A stretch of DNA of 64,000 bases from Candidatus Parvarchaeota archaeon (GCA_017609605.1 JAFCDO010000004.1:14184-78183); one strand, 5' to 3'; numbered from the stretch's first letter, positions 37,501 through 45,221 are shown. Notes: generated by a model not told the origin, from the sequence alone. Numbers and translations: made by a program.

Positions 37501-37746
37501 GGTGGGGACCAGGAGTACGTGGGGTATGTTGACGTCCTGCCAGTATCCATTGGAGAGTATTCGACCACTTTCTTCTTAGCGAACAAAGATTTCCCGTATG
37601 ATAACACTTCAACCGAATTGACAGCGGATGTTAGCGTGAGGTTTCAGCAGTCAGGGTTTCATTATAGTTTGTTGCCGGGTTTGAACGCGTTCTTCTTAGT
37701 TTTACTCTTACTTGTTGCAGGCTTTTTCCTGTGGGAACGTTTATAA
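31513..37746 (+). CDS. Giant (2077 aa) membrane-anchored surface protein: N-terminal TM helices, ~1050-aa Cys-rich region, ~930-aa sequon-rich beta-type region, PGL-type C-terminal tail
   Basis: Uninterrupted 6.2-kb ORF. By my count ~112 Cys lie between residues ~100 and ~1150, and 36 N-x-S/T sequons lie after that. C-terminus LLPGLNAFFLVLLLLVAGFFLWERL. The start (TTG 31513) is uncertain. Confidence 0.8.
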   Translation: MKSFKNKNALVVLGIGIFIFFFVLAGFSSKAFLKRNVVSLLCVFWSAVLAINFLLLENPVGKKAFSRLFFYALIISFFTVYTVFFSDPQIVLAASAEYGPCTVDGDCNSNNCVANYTSPCYTECIADGQCATQTPGIGAFGWFPEGSCTLQRGDDSTSGCGCECSNNPADTTCWDATGTKCCSNSADDWLFTGSSTKGCDNGVVVNCASGTACRFIDGATDYYCTGSIFTEASTAAGQTCNTNYVCDGNEGTCCNSNLIKDTDTSTYNCGCDAYHDGFACDGTVTGGTFTQDKVCMFVAAQSNYLCYAAMASYNSGLNRYIYGCEYPTGTPLYGDICDTTYTNGNFNANGVCYGSGSCCTTTYVDGDNDGNFDDNDCGCSSTHDGKRCDSNVDRTWDGVCAYTGAAWTCDTSGVFYDGSDYRTAGSSATDGYRCMSGSVGSGGFSQNGMSSASSCTTSDVVCPNGKGSACSSCSASSDGNMCDSTVTSGDFGQTGICASVDGNSFDCDVSGHVVYTSVYYDSECAGLESKTCDASIVSGGNYGAEGVCVDSGCVTGLVSCNCGVDESCSGDVTDAKCSSACSAGYACDADVGGNAFEQDGLCLDGTTCDNAGVVAKSGSTYYADCTANYVCDDSITLGDWVQTGVCYGGTTNCCTSNNVIDSDRNGNADVCAACSATYNGDKYDSALTSGVYASEGRCAGSTKCTVDYVDADDNDLFDDAVCGCTVTYNGKKCVTDADADSWDGICVTTDDGSTWDCVTSGVFWDGTYYRSSGSNATDGYRCMSGSVGSGGFSQNGMGAESVCRTSGTIACPAGSGSACYYSCTLSEDGYQCDNTVTSGDFSQTGACATNDDGSTWTCDTDASDVASTGTYNATDCYVSASYNYLANSCDSLGNSGGNVAYDGVCFQQTGTTWNCCTTYSTNSTELDNPDVCGNEATVCGASSNGLKCDDVSDATWSPGDQRCDESSTSCRVCTFATHVDSEALCESGCGANSICDEIAIEAVSGNYCCHSCTSPDNTVSGTVVWGDCDYSSQTGSSDYCFDLSADQCFHQSGDSCTATGWDFTETGCPNPRHQNQAGSWVNNSYCTSNCADSGTSCYYETGSNTPADRSDDCSASGCQVTSCSMQKGFLCQATTGCTCDNTECAADAVRQGYQTGSCSGGACNYSPKVDTHSMSPDPVYINEEVTFTATVSSDDEDIAKTEVWAYVTGDYSAYEMSCTDGSCSYSHNFTDLGQGQYYINVTDNNGLSNTSTVANWYQESLTVDYLNFTPTGHYPEAHLDYGQDIVVQGHLVNDRTNADETGISVTVKVINTSWLLDNEYSCSGNTDGTGNFTCTMTSVNLTKPGNYNLTVLLDEVQNTDDIKNDENTTKEFKFYEPIVFTNDFWGKPDELHVNTTASYQNTGTLVSCTDCGNYTLMDADSGEHKYLFTTDASGVNKTIITDTPLKPGVNTFTTFVEYYGNGTSSSTSIIVNGTVYSVSLSDSILSHSSDDLTVTVNVNNTGNINLSSLWGFTEIYYGEDNLEPLGSPETAASKLNDSDSYIGLLTPAQTLQMTYDYVFNETLPVGTYGLLSYFGDTNTGGTSWDNKVGVNQSGNAWSNMLPQFYLYNYTATHGSVLDPVNVTEQTIYADPVRDEEYGSTTSCYDSGTCTILLNVTRNEEVDVYAKNAQLTWNSTSSRYDYTFWPNLCYENNYTIWVGDTAMVNNTFNGTFYFNCSLNTRALVYRQPEDDEDIGIFEGNFIDKTKGTITFFLEAFDPSGHENIDFVGWNITNTDTGEVYTEFSGSCMNTSLKKWRCNQTLDPELSGCHQMSSQMYVQGTNASRNSSRSLNFYVDAIDALFDYDSSVLLGTNQPVIGQVSYCSGETYGDYSNLSIEITTPTSGEVKKTETITPSGNFYSSYTPDIQGSKHLRIEVTDSNMVRGFTLSFIDVIAISKTVLTLSPITQAFDLGREGQRAYMYVIDNPSSEPMSYNLQLTSAALPMLFSDNLASYKNLTVGGDQEYVGYVDVLPVSIGEYSTTFFLANKDFPYDNTSTELTADVSVRFQQSGFHYSLLPGLNAFFLVLLLLVAGFFLWERL
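32599..33036 (+). repeat. Intragenic module copy 1 (146 aa) of the giant protein
   Basis: YVDGDNDGNFDDNDCGC...ATDGYRCMSGSVGSGGFSQNGM...CDSTVTSGDFGQTGIC...FDCD. Homologous to 33634-34089. Confidence 0.8.
33634..34089 (+). repeat. Intragenic module copy 2 (152 aa) of the giant protein
   Basis: YVDADDNDLFDDAVCGC...ATDGYRCMSGSVGSGGFSQNGM...CDNTVTSGDFSQTGAC...WTCD. The 69-nt core 33838-33906 differs from 32794-32862 at 5 positions. Confidence 0.8.
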
Positions 37747-37773
37747 AACATTTACAACTTTTTAATCTTCATT

Positions 37774-37857
37774 GCTGGGGTGGCGGAGCGGTTTAACGCG
37801 CAGGCCTGCTAAGTCTGTGGGAGCAATCCCGCGAGAGTTCGAATCTCTCCCCCAGCG
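37774..37857 (+). tRNA. tRNA-Ser (anticodon GCU)
   Basis: Acceptor GCTGGGG/CCCCAGC plus discriminator G. Anticodon loop CTGCTAA. Long variable arm. T-loop TTCGAAT. Confidence 0.9.
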
Positions 37858-37895
37858 TAAAACATTTAACTCACCCTCTCCATTAATTTTGAATA

Positions 37896-38426
37896 ATGGT
37901 TTTTGGAAAATCTTACAAAGAACTTAAGCAATGGGTGGTGATTGTTTTCAAACTTTTTGATGGAATGAAAGTCGGTTTTTTCGCGCCAGAAAAGTGTAAT
38001 GAAATGATAAAGAATTCCGGGTTTACTAATCCTGAATTGGCTTCCGCGTTTTTATCAACCAGATCGGTAATACGGATTATATCTGATGCAAGAACAAAAG
38101 CGAACGCTTCATTAGCTTTGCAAGAAAGTGGCTTTGACTTATATTTTGAAAGAGAGGTTCAATTTAACGATCCTGTTTTAAACTGGAAAATATCTGCTTT
38201 GCACCCAAGAAAAGATGCTGAATGGAAGAAAAGAAATGAAAGGATTACCAGAGTTCAAATAGAATTGTCAGAATTGCAAATCGAGATTTTAAAAGAGATT
38301 TCAAAGGATATGAACAAGCTTAAAACAAAAAAACCTAATTCAGTGGGGTTAATAGACCATAATTCTAAAGAGTTTCGTAAGATATGTGAGAAAGTTCAGA
38401 AACTTCTTGACAATCGTTTAAGTTAA
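37896..38426 (+). CDS. Hypothetical protein (176 aa)
   Basis: ATG ORF. AAAACATTTAAC lies 36 nt upstream and abuts the 3' end of tRNA-Ser. No recognised domain. Confidence 0.4.
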   Translation: MVFGKSYKELKQWVVIVFKLFDGMKVGFFAPEKCNEMIKNSGFTNPELASAFLSTRSVIRIISDARTKANASLALQESGFDLYFEREVQFNDPVLNWKISALHPRKDAEWKKRNERITRVQIELSELQIEILKEISKDMNKLKTKKPNSVGLIDHNSKEFRKICEKVQKLLDNRLS

Positions 38427-38683
38427 TCTTGTTCCACTTTGTAATTCTTGATTGACTTTCCGGGGTCTATGAGTTTTAATCGGGCAAGAGCGTCGAGGAG
38501 TCCGAAAACGTAGACGAACAGTTCGAAAGCTTCCAAAAACTTTTTTTGACCGTAAAAGTGTTCCGCGTCTTTGGAGTACGAGTCGACGAGCTCCATGACG
38601 ACACCAGCTTTCTTGTCCAAGATAGTAAGATCTTTCAGCGCTTCACGAACCCTTTTTCTCTCTTTGTCAGCTAGTTTTTTCAT
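38423..38683 (-). CDS. Small alpha-helical protein, possibly DUF357-like
   Basis: 86 aa. YSKDAEHFYGQKKFLEAFELFVYVFGLLDALARL resembles the archaeal DUF357 pattern from memory. Last gene of the operon. Confidence 0.35.
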   Translation of the reverse strand: MKKLADKERKRVREALKDLTILDKKAGVVMELVDSYSKDAEHFYGQKKFLEAFELFVYVFGLLDALARLKLIDPGKSIKNYKVEQD

Positions 38684-38917
38684 TTAACTTTTTTTTCCCC
38701 TTCTTCTTTTTAAAAATTCTTGGGAGGCGATGATGTGCGAGCAAGGAGTTCTTTTAATGGAGAAATGCCTGCAGGAACACGACCACCCTTTGTTTTTTGA
38801 GAAAATGACTGAGTGCTCATCATTGGACACCACTTTGAAGTGAGCTCTTTGACTGGTTTCCAGTTCAGCCACCACTTTATTGTTTTTCAAAAGTTTTTTT
38901 GCTTTAACATTATTCAT
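38684..38917 (-). CDS. SWIM zinc-finger protein
   Basis: CSCRHFSIKRTPCSH matches the CxCxnCxH signature. Start moved to the internal ATG (MNNVKAKK), giving a 4-nt overlap with the upstream stop. Confidence 0.55.
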   Translation of the reverse strand: MNNVKAKKLLKNNKVVAELETSQRAHFKVVSNDEHSVIFSKNKGWSCSCRHFSIKRTPCSHIIASQEFLKRRRGKKS

Positions 38918-39801
38918 TTTAGTTGTTCGAGGATTTGGCAGGTCTTGCAAACCTTTCTTGAAGTTGGTCCTCCACAGTTTTCGCATTTGTTTAAACGATT
39001 CTTCATAACCTTTTTTTCCAGGTTCGGGACTAACCTGTCAAAAATCATTTGCAGGTTGACCTTTGAGCCATGGAACTTGAATTCCAAGTCGTTCAATTCT
39101 TCTCTTATAAGGCTTCTGAAAGATTCTGAAACGTAAGGGCACGCCCCTTCATTTGATTCAAATCCTTTGATTATTGAGTAAGCCATGGATTCTCTTTCGC
39201 TGACCCTGCGGAAAGGTTTGATTCTTTGAACAAAGCTCGGGCTAATTGACTTGGTTCTAGCCAGTTTTTCCATGTTGAACTGGAAAATGTTCATTAAAAT
39301 GTCTTGGCAAGTGTCGTCTAAGTTGTGCCCAGTGACGAGCTTGTCAGCTCCGAGCTCTAACGCTTTCTTGTTGATTAAATATCTTCTTAGCACGCCGCAT
39401 TTGGAGCACGGAGAGGTTTTCGTGCTGTCAAGTTTAACTATTTGGTCGGTTGTCGTGCCGAACTCTTCTTTGAAAGAAGATGTGTGCAAGGTTATCTTGT
39501 GTTTTTTGCAGAATTTTTTTAGGAATGATTTGGAGCGTTCACGATAATTTTTAATGCCTTCATCAATGAATAGGGCTTCGACTTTGGGAAAGTTTTTGTG
39601 AAGAATGTGCAAGAGGTTGGTGGAGTCCTTTCCTCCTGAGGCAGCGACTAAAACCTTATCATTCCTGTTTATCATGAAAGTTTTCTGAACTGTTTCCAAA
39701 ACCTTTTTTTCAACGCTGGCAACCAAGTGTTCTTCGCAGAACCACTTATCAGTATGTCTGACGTGAATAACGCTTGTTTCCCTGCAAAAATCGCATTTCA
39801 T
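38914..39801 (-). CDS. tRNA 2-thiolation PP-loop ATPase of the TtuA/Ncs6 family
   Basis: PP-loop VAASGGKDS. N- and C-terminal zinc fingers (CDFC...CEEH; CENCGG...CKTC). Putative Fe-S ligands PCSKCGVLRR and GACPY. Confidence 0.8.
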   Translation of the reverse strand: MKCDFCRETSVIHVRHTDKWFCEEHLVASVEKKVLETVQKTFMINRNDKVLVAASGGKDSTNLLHILHKNFPKVEALFIDEGIKNYRERSKSFLKKFCKKHKITLHTSSFKEEFGTTTDQIVKLDSTKTSPCSKCGVLRRYLINKKALELGADKLVTGHNLDDTCQDILMNIFQFNMEKLARTKSISPSFVQRIKPFRRVSERESMAYSIIKGFESNEGACPYVSESFRSLIREELNDLEFKFHGSKVNLQMIFDRLVPNLEKKVMKNRLNKCENCGGPTSRKVCKTCQILEQLK

Positions 39802-39992
39802 CCTTTAGAACCCACTTTTATTATTTGAACAACATCTTCTTTTTTGAGCTCGTAATCCTCCGCAATCATTTTCCCATCCTTTTTCACTATGATTTCTTCA
39901 GGGTTTTCCCCGGATTTCACGAGGACTTTTAGCAAAGAACCCTCTATCTCAACTTTTATCTTCGCGCCATCTGGGTATTCAAAGGTTACCAT
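39798..39992 (-). CDS. ThiS/MoaD-like beta-grasp protein (candidate sulfur carrier)
   Basis: 64 aa. Pattern ...KKDGKMIAEDYELKKEDVVQIIKVGSKG. 4-nt overlap with the TtuA-like gene. Ends in -SKG rather than -GG. Confidence 0.5.
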   Translation of the reverse strand: MVTFEYPDGAKIKVEIEGSLLKVLVKSGENPEEIIVKKDGKMIAEDYELKKEDVVQIIKVGSKG

Positions 39993-40104
39993 GCTCTTTT
40001 CTTTGTTCTGAAATGTTTTAAAGATTTTTCCATGCTCTCTTTTTAAGAGCTCGGAAAAAGGTTGTCCGTAAGCCTTATTAGTTCGTTGACCCTGATATTA
40101 TTGC

Positions 40105-40776
40105 ATGGTTGGAGAAGAGATAACTGGTCCGTTGAGTCAGGTTGGGGACTGGCTTATTGGAATCACTGTGCAAGCAGTGCCCCTCATAATTTCTTCCGCC
40201 TTGATAATATTTATTGGGTGGGTGGTCGCATCCATCATTGAGAGGATTGTGTCCAAGACTTTGCGTGGCGTTAAGCTGGACAAATGGCTTAAAGACAGGA
40301 ACATAACAAAGGCTTTGTTTAACGTTTCCATGGAGTCCTTAGTGGCTTCAGTAATCAAATGGTACGTGTTTTTGCTTTTCTTGCAGGAAGCCGCGTTTCA
40401 AATAAATTTTCTTGCAATATCCACTTTTTTTGGTTCAATACTTGTGCTGATACCCCAATGGTCTATTGGAGTGATTACGATAGCAGTGGCCCTCATAATC
40501 GGCAATTGGTTTAAGGACAGGATTAACGAGTCCGGCGCGATTTTCAGTGGTTGGATTGGGAACGTTATTTACGGTTTTGTCGCGTATGTTGGAGTTGTTC
40601 TTGCACTGCCAAAATTTGGTTTCACTAACGTAGAAATATTGACGGACGCGTTTAAACTGGTTGTTGGAGGATTATCTTTGGGTTTGGCTTTGGCAATAGG
40701 AATTGGTTTCGGCTGGGCTCTCAAAGAGGGGCCTGCAAAAGATTTTTTCAAACGGTTTGATAAAAAAGAAGAATAA
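40105..40776 (+). CDS. Polytopic membrane protein (conserved TM-helix repeat type)
   Basis: 223 aa with 4-5 TM helices. TATA-like AAGCCTTATTAG lies 34 nt upstream. Confidence 0.45.
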   Translation: MVGEEITGPLSQVGDWLIGITVQAVPLIISSALIIFIGWVVASIIERIVSKTLRGVKLDKWLKDRNITKALFNVSMESLVASVIKWYVFLLFLQEAAFQINFLAISTFFGSILVLIPQWSIGVITIAVALIIGNWFKDRINESGAIFSGWIGNVIYGFVAYVGVVLALPKFGFTNVEILTDAFKLVVGGLSLGLALAIGIGFGWALKEGPAKDFFKRFDKKEE

Positions 40777-40793
40777 AAAACAGTTCTTTTTTT

Positions 40794-41810
40794 TTAGAAC
40801 CATTTTTTCAGGTTTTTTTGCTCTTTTTCTTGAAGGGATTTGTTCAAGTTTTTGAACGCGTTGTCAATCCTGTTTTCGGAGAATTCGTGCTCGTCGCACA
40901 GTATTTTTTTTATGGCTTCAGGGTCTGGTTCACCCCATTTTGGCGTGACTTTTTGGGTCGTGGGTTTTAGGAAGAAGTCTCTTATCTCTTCTGGTTTAAT
41001 CTTGAAATTCCAGTTAACTTCTTTGAATATTTGCTCCCAAGATTTTTGTTTGACCAGTTTTAGGCCTGTTTTTGGCCCGATTCCTTTAATTCCTTTTGGG
41101 TTGTAATCGGTTCCGACGAGGATTCCAAGAGTTATTAATTGCTCCCGGGTGAGCCCTGTTTCTTTTAGGGCTTGGCTTAAAAATATTATTTCAGGTTTGA
41201 TAGTGTAGTAAACGGGTTTGCCGGGAACTTTTCTGCGGCCAGTTATGTTGAGGTTTCGGATGAGTCTTTCAGCCCCGAATAGTAAGGAGTCGTAGTCCTG
41301 TGAGACCACTGCCCATACCGTGCCGTCTAATACCATGCTCGCGCACTGGGCTTCTCCTTCGCTGAGCGCTTGAATGCAGGGGACTCCTAGGGCGGTTAGT
41401 AACTGTTTGGATTCTTCGACCATTTCTTCGGTGAGCTTGGAGGTTTGCTGAGCGTACCGCATCATTAGAGCCTCATCCCCTTTTTTCCTTGCTTCAGCGA
41501 GTTTTTCCATAGCCAGCTTTTTTCTTTTAGCTCTTTCTTCTGCAACGGCTTTGAACTCTGGTGGTTTTCCGTCAAAAACGAAGCAGGGTTTTACGTTGTT
41601 TTCTAAAAGTTTTAGCGTTCGATAAAAAAGTCCTGATAAATGAGAAGTAATCCTTCCTTTGCTGTTTTTTAGGGGGGTGCCGTCAGCTTGTCTTATGATG
41701 CTTAAGAACTGGTATATTATGTTGAAAGCGTCGACACCGACTTTTTTTCCCGTGAGTTCTTCAAAACTTGTTTCCTCTCTTGAAATAATGTCTTTTAGGT
41801 TTACGCCCAT
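40794..41810 (-). CDS. fen: Flap endonuclease FEN1
   Basis: MGVNLKDII...VGVDAFNIIYQF...GRITSHL... Conserved acidic residues. C-terminal PIP box QKNLKKWF. Start set at ATG 41810. Confidence 0.9.
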   Translation of the reverse strand: MGVNLKDIISREETSFEELTGKKVGVDAFNIIYQFLSIIRQADGTPLKNSKGRITSHLSGLFYRTLKLLENNVKPCFVFDGKPPEFKAVAEERAKRKKLAMEKLAEARKKGDEALMMRYAQQTSKLTEEMVEESKQLLTALGVPCIQALSEGEAQCASMVLDGTVWAVVSQDYDSLLFGAERLIRNLNITGRRKVPGKPVYYTIKPEIIFLSQALKETGLTREQLITLGILVGTDYNPKGIKGIGPKTGLKLVKQKSWEQIFKEVNWNFKIKPEEIRDFFLKPTTQKVTPKWGEPDPEAIKKILCDEHEFSENRIDNAFKNLNKSLQEKEQKNLKKWF

Positions 41811-41888
41811 GCTGTTACGAGAATCAAAGCTTTTTTTTAAGTCTTTCACAAACGTTTAAATCAGTGCACAACCATTTTTTTTTGTTAT

Positions 41889-42740
41889 ATGGTTTTGGAG
41901 TCGTTGATAACTGCGAGGCTTGCTAAGAACAGGCCAGTGTACACTTTCTTTTTCGCTTTTGTTTACATGAACTTGGCGTTCATAATTGCTTTAACCGTTT
42001 TTCCTGGAGACCCGTCGACGCCAGCAATTTTTTTGGTGACAATGATGTTTGTTCCTTTTCTCGTGAACTTGTTGAAAGGCGCGGAGCTTTACGCTGAAAC
42101 GCAGATAATGTTAAGGAATATTGTTTTGATGAAGAAGTATACTAAAGTGTTTTTAATCTTTTTTTACTTGTTTTTAGGTGCTTTGGTGGCCACGACTTTT
42201 TGGGCTTCCCTGTCCTCGCATGAAGTTTACGCCAAGCTTTTTTCCAGTCAGATAAGCGTGATTTCCGAGATTTCTTCTCAATTCACAAGGGGTTACGTGA
42301 CGGGTTCGTACGGTTTTCAGATGATATTGTTGAACAATTTTAAAGTACTGGTTTTCGTTATACTGTTCTCTTTTATTTTCGGGGCTGGAGCCATTTACAT
42401 TCTTGCATGGAATGCCAGCGTTGTTGGAGTGGCTATTGGCAATCTTATCAGGAATTACTTCAGTTCCTGGGTTCCGGGCACTTCTTTTTATTCGTACTTG
42501 CACGTCGTGCCGCTGAGTTTCGCTAAGTTCATGACGCATGGAATAATCGAGGTTGCCGCTTATCTTTTTGCGGCTATTGCGGGAGGAATAATTAGTGCAG
42601 CGATTATTAGAAGGTCTTTGGCGGACGAAGAGTTTTCCGGCATATTGCGCACGTGTTTTGATTTAGTGTTAACGGCGTCCATCCTGCTGATTTTGGCGGC
42701 GATAGTTGAGGTAACGATTTCTCCTCTGATCCCCGTGTGA
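41889..42740 (+). CDS. Membrane protein, SpoIIM/DUF95-like
   Basis: 283 aa. LLNNFKVLVFVILFSFIFGAGAIYILAWNASVVGVAIG resembles the DUF95 core. Confidence 0.45.
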   Translation: MVLESLITARLAKNRPVYTFFFAFVYMNLAFIIALTVFPGDPSTPAIFLVTMMFVPFLVNLLKGAELYAETQIMLRNIVLMKKYTKVFLIFFYLFLGALVATTFWASLSSHEVYAKLFSSQISVISEISSQFTRGYVTGSYGFQMILLNNFKVLVFVILFSFIFGAGAIYILAWNASVVGVAIGNLIRNYFSSWVPGTSFYSYLHVVPLSFAKFMTHGIIEVAAYLFAAIAGGIISAAIIRRSLADEEFSGILRTCFDLVLTASILLILAAIVEVTISPLIPV

Positions 42741-42788
42741 ATCTTGTGTAAAAGTTTTTAAGGATTTGATAAATAGTTATTCCTCATA

Positions 42789-45221
42789 ATGGATGATGAG
42801 TATCAGGTATCTCTTACAGACTTGGTGAGCAAGGTTAAAAAAAATAAAGACTTGTTGTTTTATTCAGGAGTTTTCGCGTTGTTGTGCTTAGCGTTCGTGA
42901 TAAGAACTGCTGACATGAAGAATTTGGGTTCAGAGTTGTTGGCGAGCGACCCGTACGTTTTTTTAAGGTACGCTGAAGACATGGTTGAGAGAGGGGGAAT
43001 CCCGCTTAATGATACTATGAGGTATTACCCTTTTGGTTTTGACACTAGTTTTGAAGCGCCCATGCCTTCTTACGCGATAGTATTGATTTATTCTATCGCC
43101 AATTTCTTCAATCCTGGAGTGGCTTTGTTGTGGGCTGCTCAGATTTATCCTGCAATCTTTAGCGTTTTGGCTTTGTTCGTGTTTGCTTTAATAGCTAAAG
43201 AGTTGACGGGAAGTAAGCGAATTGCTTTGGCTTCGCTTGCTCTTTTGTTATGTCTTCCAGCTTTTTTGTATAGGACTAGCGCGGGTTTCGCTGATAAAGA
43301 GCCTGTTGTGACGTTGTTCTCTTTGCTGATGGTTTACGCTTATGTTAGAGCCTTAGGGTCTGATAAGAAGTATTGGGTTTGGGCTGTTGTTTCAGGAGTG
43401 TTCACGGGTATTGCAGCGTTGTCTGGGGGCCTGTTCATTTTCGCCGTGTTTTCGATATGTGTTTACAACCTGTTCTCAATGTTGTTCTTGAGGATTGGGA
43501 GTAGAAGGATTAAAATCCTGGTTTTATGGTTTATTTCACAACTGCCAGTACTTGTTTTCGCGACTAAGCGTTTCGGCGGGCTGGAGATTTACAAGCACAT
43601 GGCTTTTCAAGCGCCTGCAGCGACGTTGGGAGTCTTAGTGGTTTATTTATTGGTAAAAAGATTGAAGGTGTCTGAAAAGTGGCCTGCGAGCGTGATAACT
43701 TTTTTTGTGCTTTTCGCGCTCGGTTTCACGGTTCTTGCGTTAACCCAGCAGGGAGGGATTGCTTCCGCGCTTTCAAGCATTCACACTCGACTCATGTATC
43801 CGTTGGGTTATAACGCGTTCCAGCAGAGCGTTTCCGAGAACCAGTCCCCTTACGTTTATGACCCTCAAGGCAGGACTGATTGGTGGAGCAATTTCGGATT
43901 CACTTTTCCTTTAATGCTTGCCGGTGCCATAATGCTTTTTTATTTCACTGTGAAGGACGTGAAAAGAAGTAATTTATTGACATTGATGTTTGCAGTCTTC
44001 CTGATATTTTTTATTTTCTCGCGATTCTCTTCAGACCCTGATTTCAGCGCGATAACGAGTTTTTTCACTGACTTCAATCTTTACGCTTTATACGCTTTCT
44101 TAGTTGCTTTGTTATTGTTCGTTCTTTATAATGGAACTAAAGCGGATTATGATAAGATTTCTTGGAAAACTCTTTTCCTTGTCTCGTGGTTTTTGATGAC
44201 AGTCATAGGAGCCAGAGGGGTTATCAGGTTGATGTTTGTGGCAGCCCAGCCGGCGATGATAGTTACCGCTTACTTTTTGATAAAGTTAAGTGATTTGATA
44301 CATAAGAAAACCAAAGACGCTTTGTACACGGCGGTTCCGTTAATAGTTTTAGGAGCTATTTTTATATTCTTTTCTTATCAGACTTACGGTTCAGCAAGTC
44401 ACACGTACCCAACATACAATCATTTCTGGAATGACGCGATGAATTGGGTGCAGGACAACACAAAGTCTTCTGACGTGTTCGTTCACTGGTGGGATTATGG
44501 TTACTGGATACAATCTCGCGGGGACAGGGCGACTGTTCTTGATGGGGGCAACTTTTTTGGACCAGAAATTATTGCTCGCCACTTTTTCACGTCCACTAAC
44601 ATTAGTGAGATAAGAGAAACACTTGATTATTACGGCAACCCAGAGTACTTATTAATAGAATCTAGCGACGTGTTTAAGTTTTATCAAATATCAAGGATTG
44701 GTGGAAGAGAGTCCTGGTTCTCAGGATTAATGTTTTACGGAGATAGAGGGATTAATCCGTCTATAGATAACATGTCCGCCGTCCTGGTTTACAACGCTGG
44801 CGGGGGCATACAGATAAGAGAGGATTATGTTAGGGACGGGAAGTTGTGGGCGAAGGACTCGACTTACATTGTTCAAGCAGTTATTCCTCATAACGAGACG
44901 GATAAACTTGACCCGCAGGTCGTGTTAATCAATAATTATGTTGGTCAGGCTTTGTTCCCGATAAGCTGTGTTTGCAAGTACGGGGCTTGCAGGACTGTTG
45001 ACGAGACGGGGGTTCCAGGGTGTCTGGTGTTGTTTGATGACGCCATGATTTACGCTCCTGACGAGTTGAGGGACATGCTTTTCACAAAGGTTTATTTGCT
45101 GAACAATTTTAGAGGAATAGAAAAAGTTTATGACAATCAAGTTCCATTGAGCGCTAACGCTTTTTATGGAGGGGTAACAAATATAAGAATTTATAGGATA
45201 AATTATACTGAACTAATATGA
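42789..45221 (+). CDS. aglB: Oligosaccharyltransferase AglB (STT3 family)
   Basis: 810 aa with ~13 TM helices and a C-terminal globular domain. Catalytic WWDYG motif at 44487-44501. Confidence 0.9.
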   Translation: MDDEYQVSLTDLVSKVKKNKDLLFYSGVFALLCLAFVIRTADMKNLGSELLASDPYVFLRYAEDMVERGGIPLNDTMRYYPFGFDTSFEAPMPSYAIVLIYSIANFFNPGVALLWAAQIYPAIFSVLALFVFALIAKELTGSKRIALASLALLLCLPAFLYRTSAGFADKEPVVTLFSLLMVYAYVRALGSDKKYWVWAVVSGVFTGIAALSGGLFIFAVFSICVYNLFSMLFLRIGSRRIKILVLWFISQLPVLVFATKRFGGLEIYKHMAFQAPAATLGVLVVYLLVKRLKVSEKWPASVITFFVLFALGFTVLALTQQGGIASALSSIHTRLMYPLGYNAFQQSVSENQSPYVYDPQGRTDWWSNFGFTFPLMLAGAIMLFYFTVKDVKRSNLLTLMFAVFLIFFIFSRFSSDPDFSAITSFFTDFNLYALYAFLVALLLFVLYNGTKADYDKISWKTLFLVSWFLMTVIGARGVIRLMFVAAQPAMIVTAYFLIKLSDLIHKKTKDALYTAVPLIVLGAIFIFFSYQTYGSASHTYPTYNHFWNDAMNWVQDNTKSSDVFVHWWDYGYWIQSRGDRATVLDGGNFFGPEIIARHFFTSTNISEIRETLDYYGNPEYLLIESSDVFKFYQISRIGGRESWFSGLMFYGDRGINPSIDNMSAVLVYNAGGGIQIREDYVRDGKLWAKDSTYIVQAVIPHNETDKLDPQVVLINNYVGQALFPISCVCKYGACRTVDETGVPGCLVLFDDAMIYAPDELRDMLFTKVYLLNNFRGIEKVYDNQVPLSANAFYGGVTNIRIYRINYTELI

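Noticed and set aside
37858-38426. tRNA-Ser-adjacent hypothetical gene as the edge of an integrated element
   Set aside because: No integrase is present and I found no repeat of the tRNA 3' end elsewhere in the window. Downstream genes are ordinary housekeeping genes.
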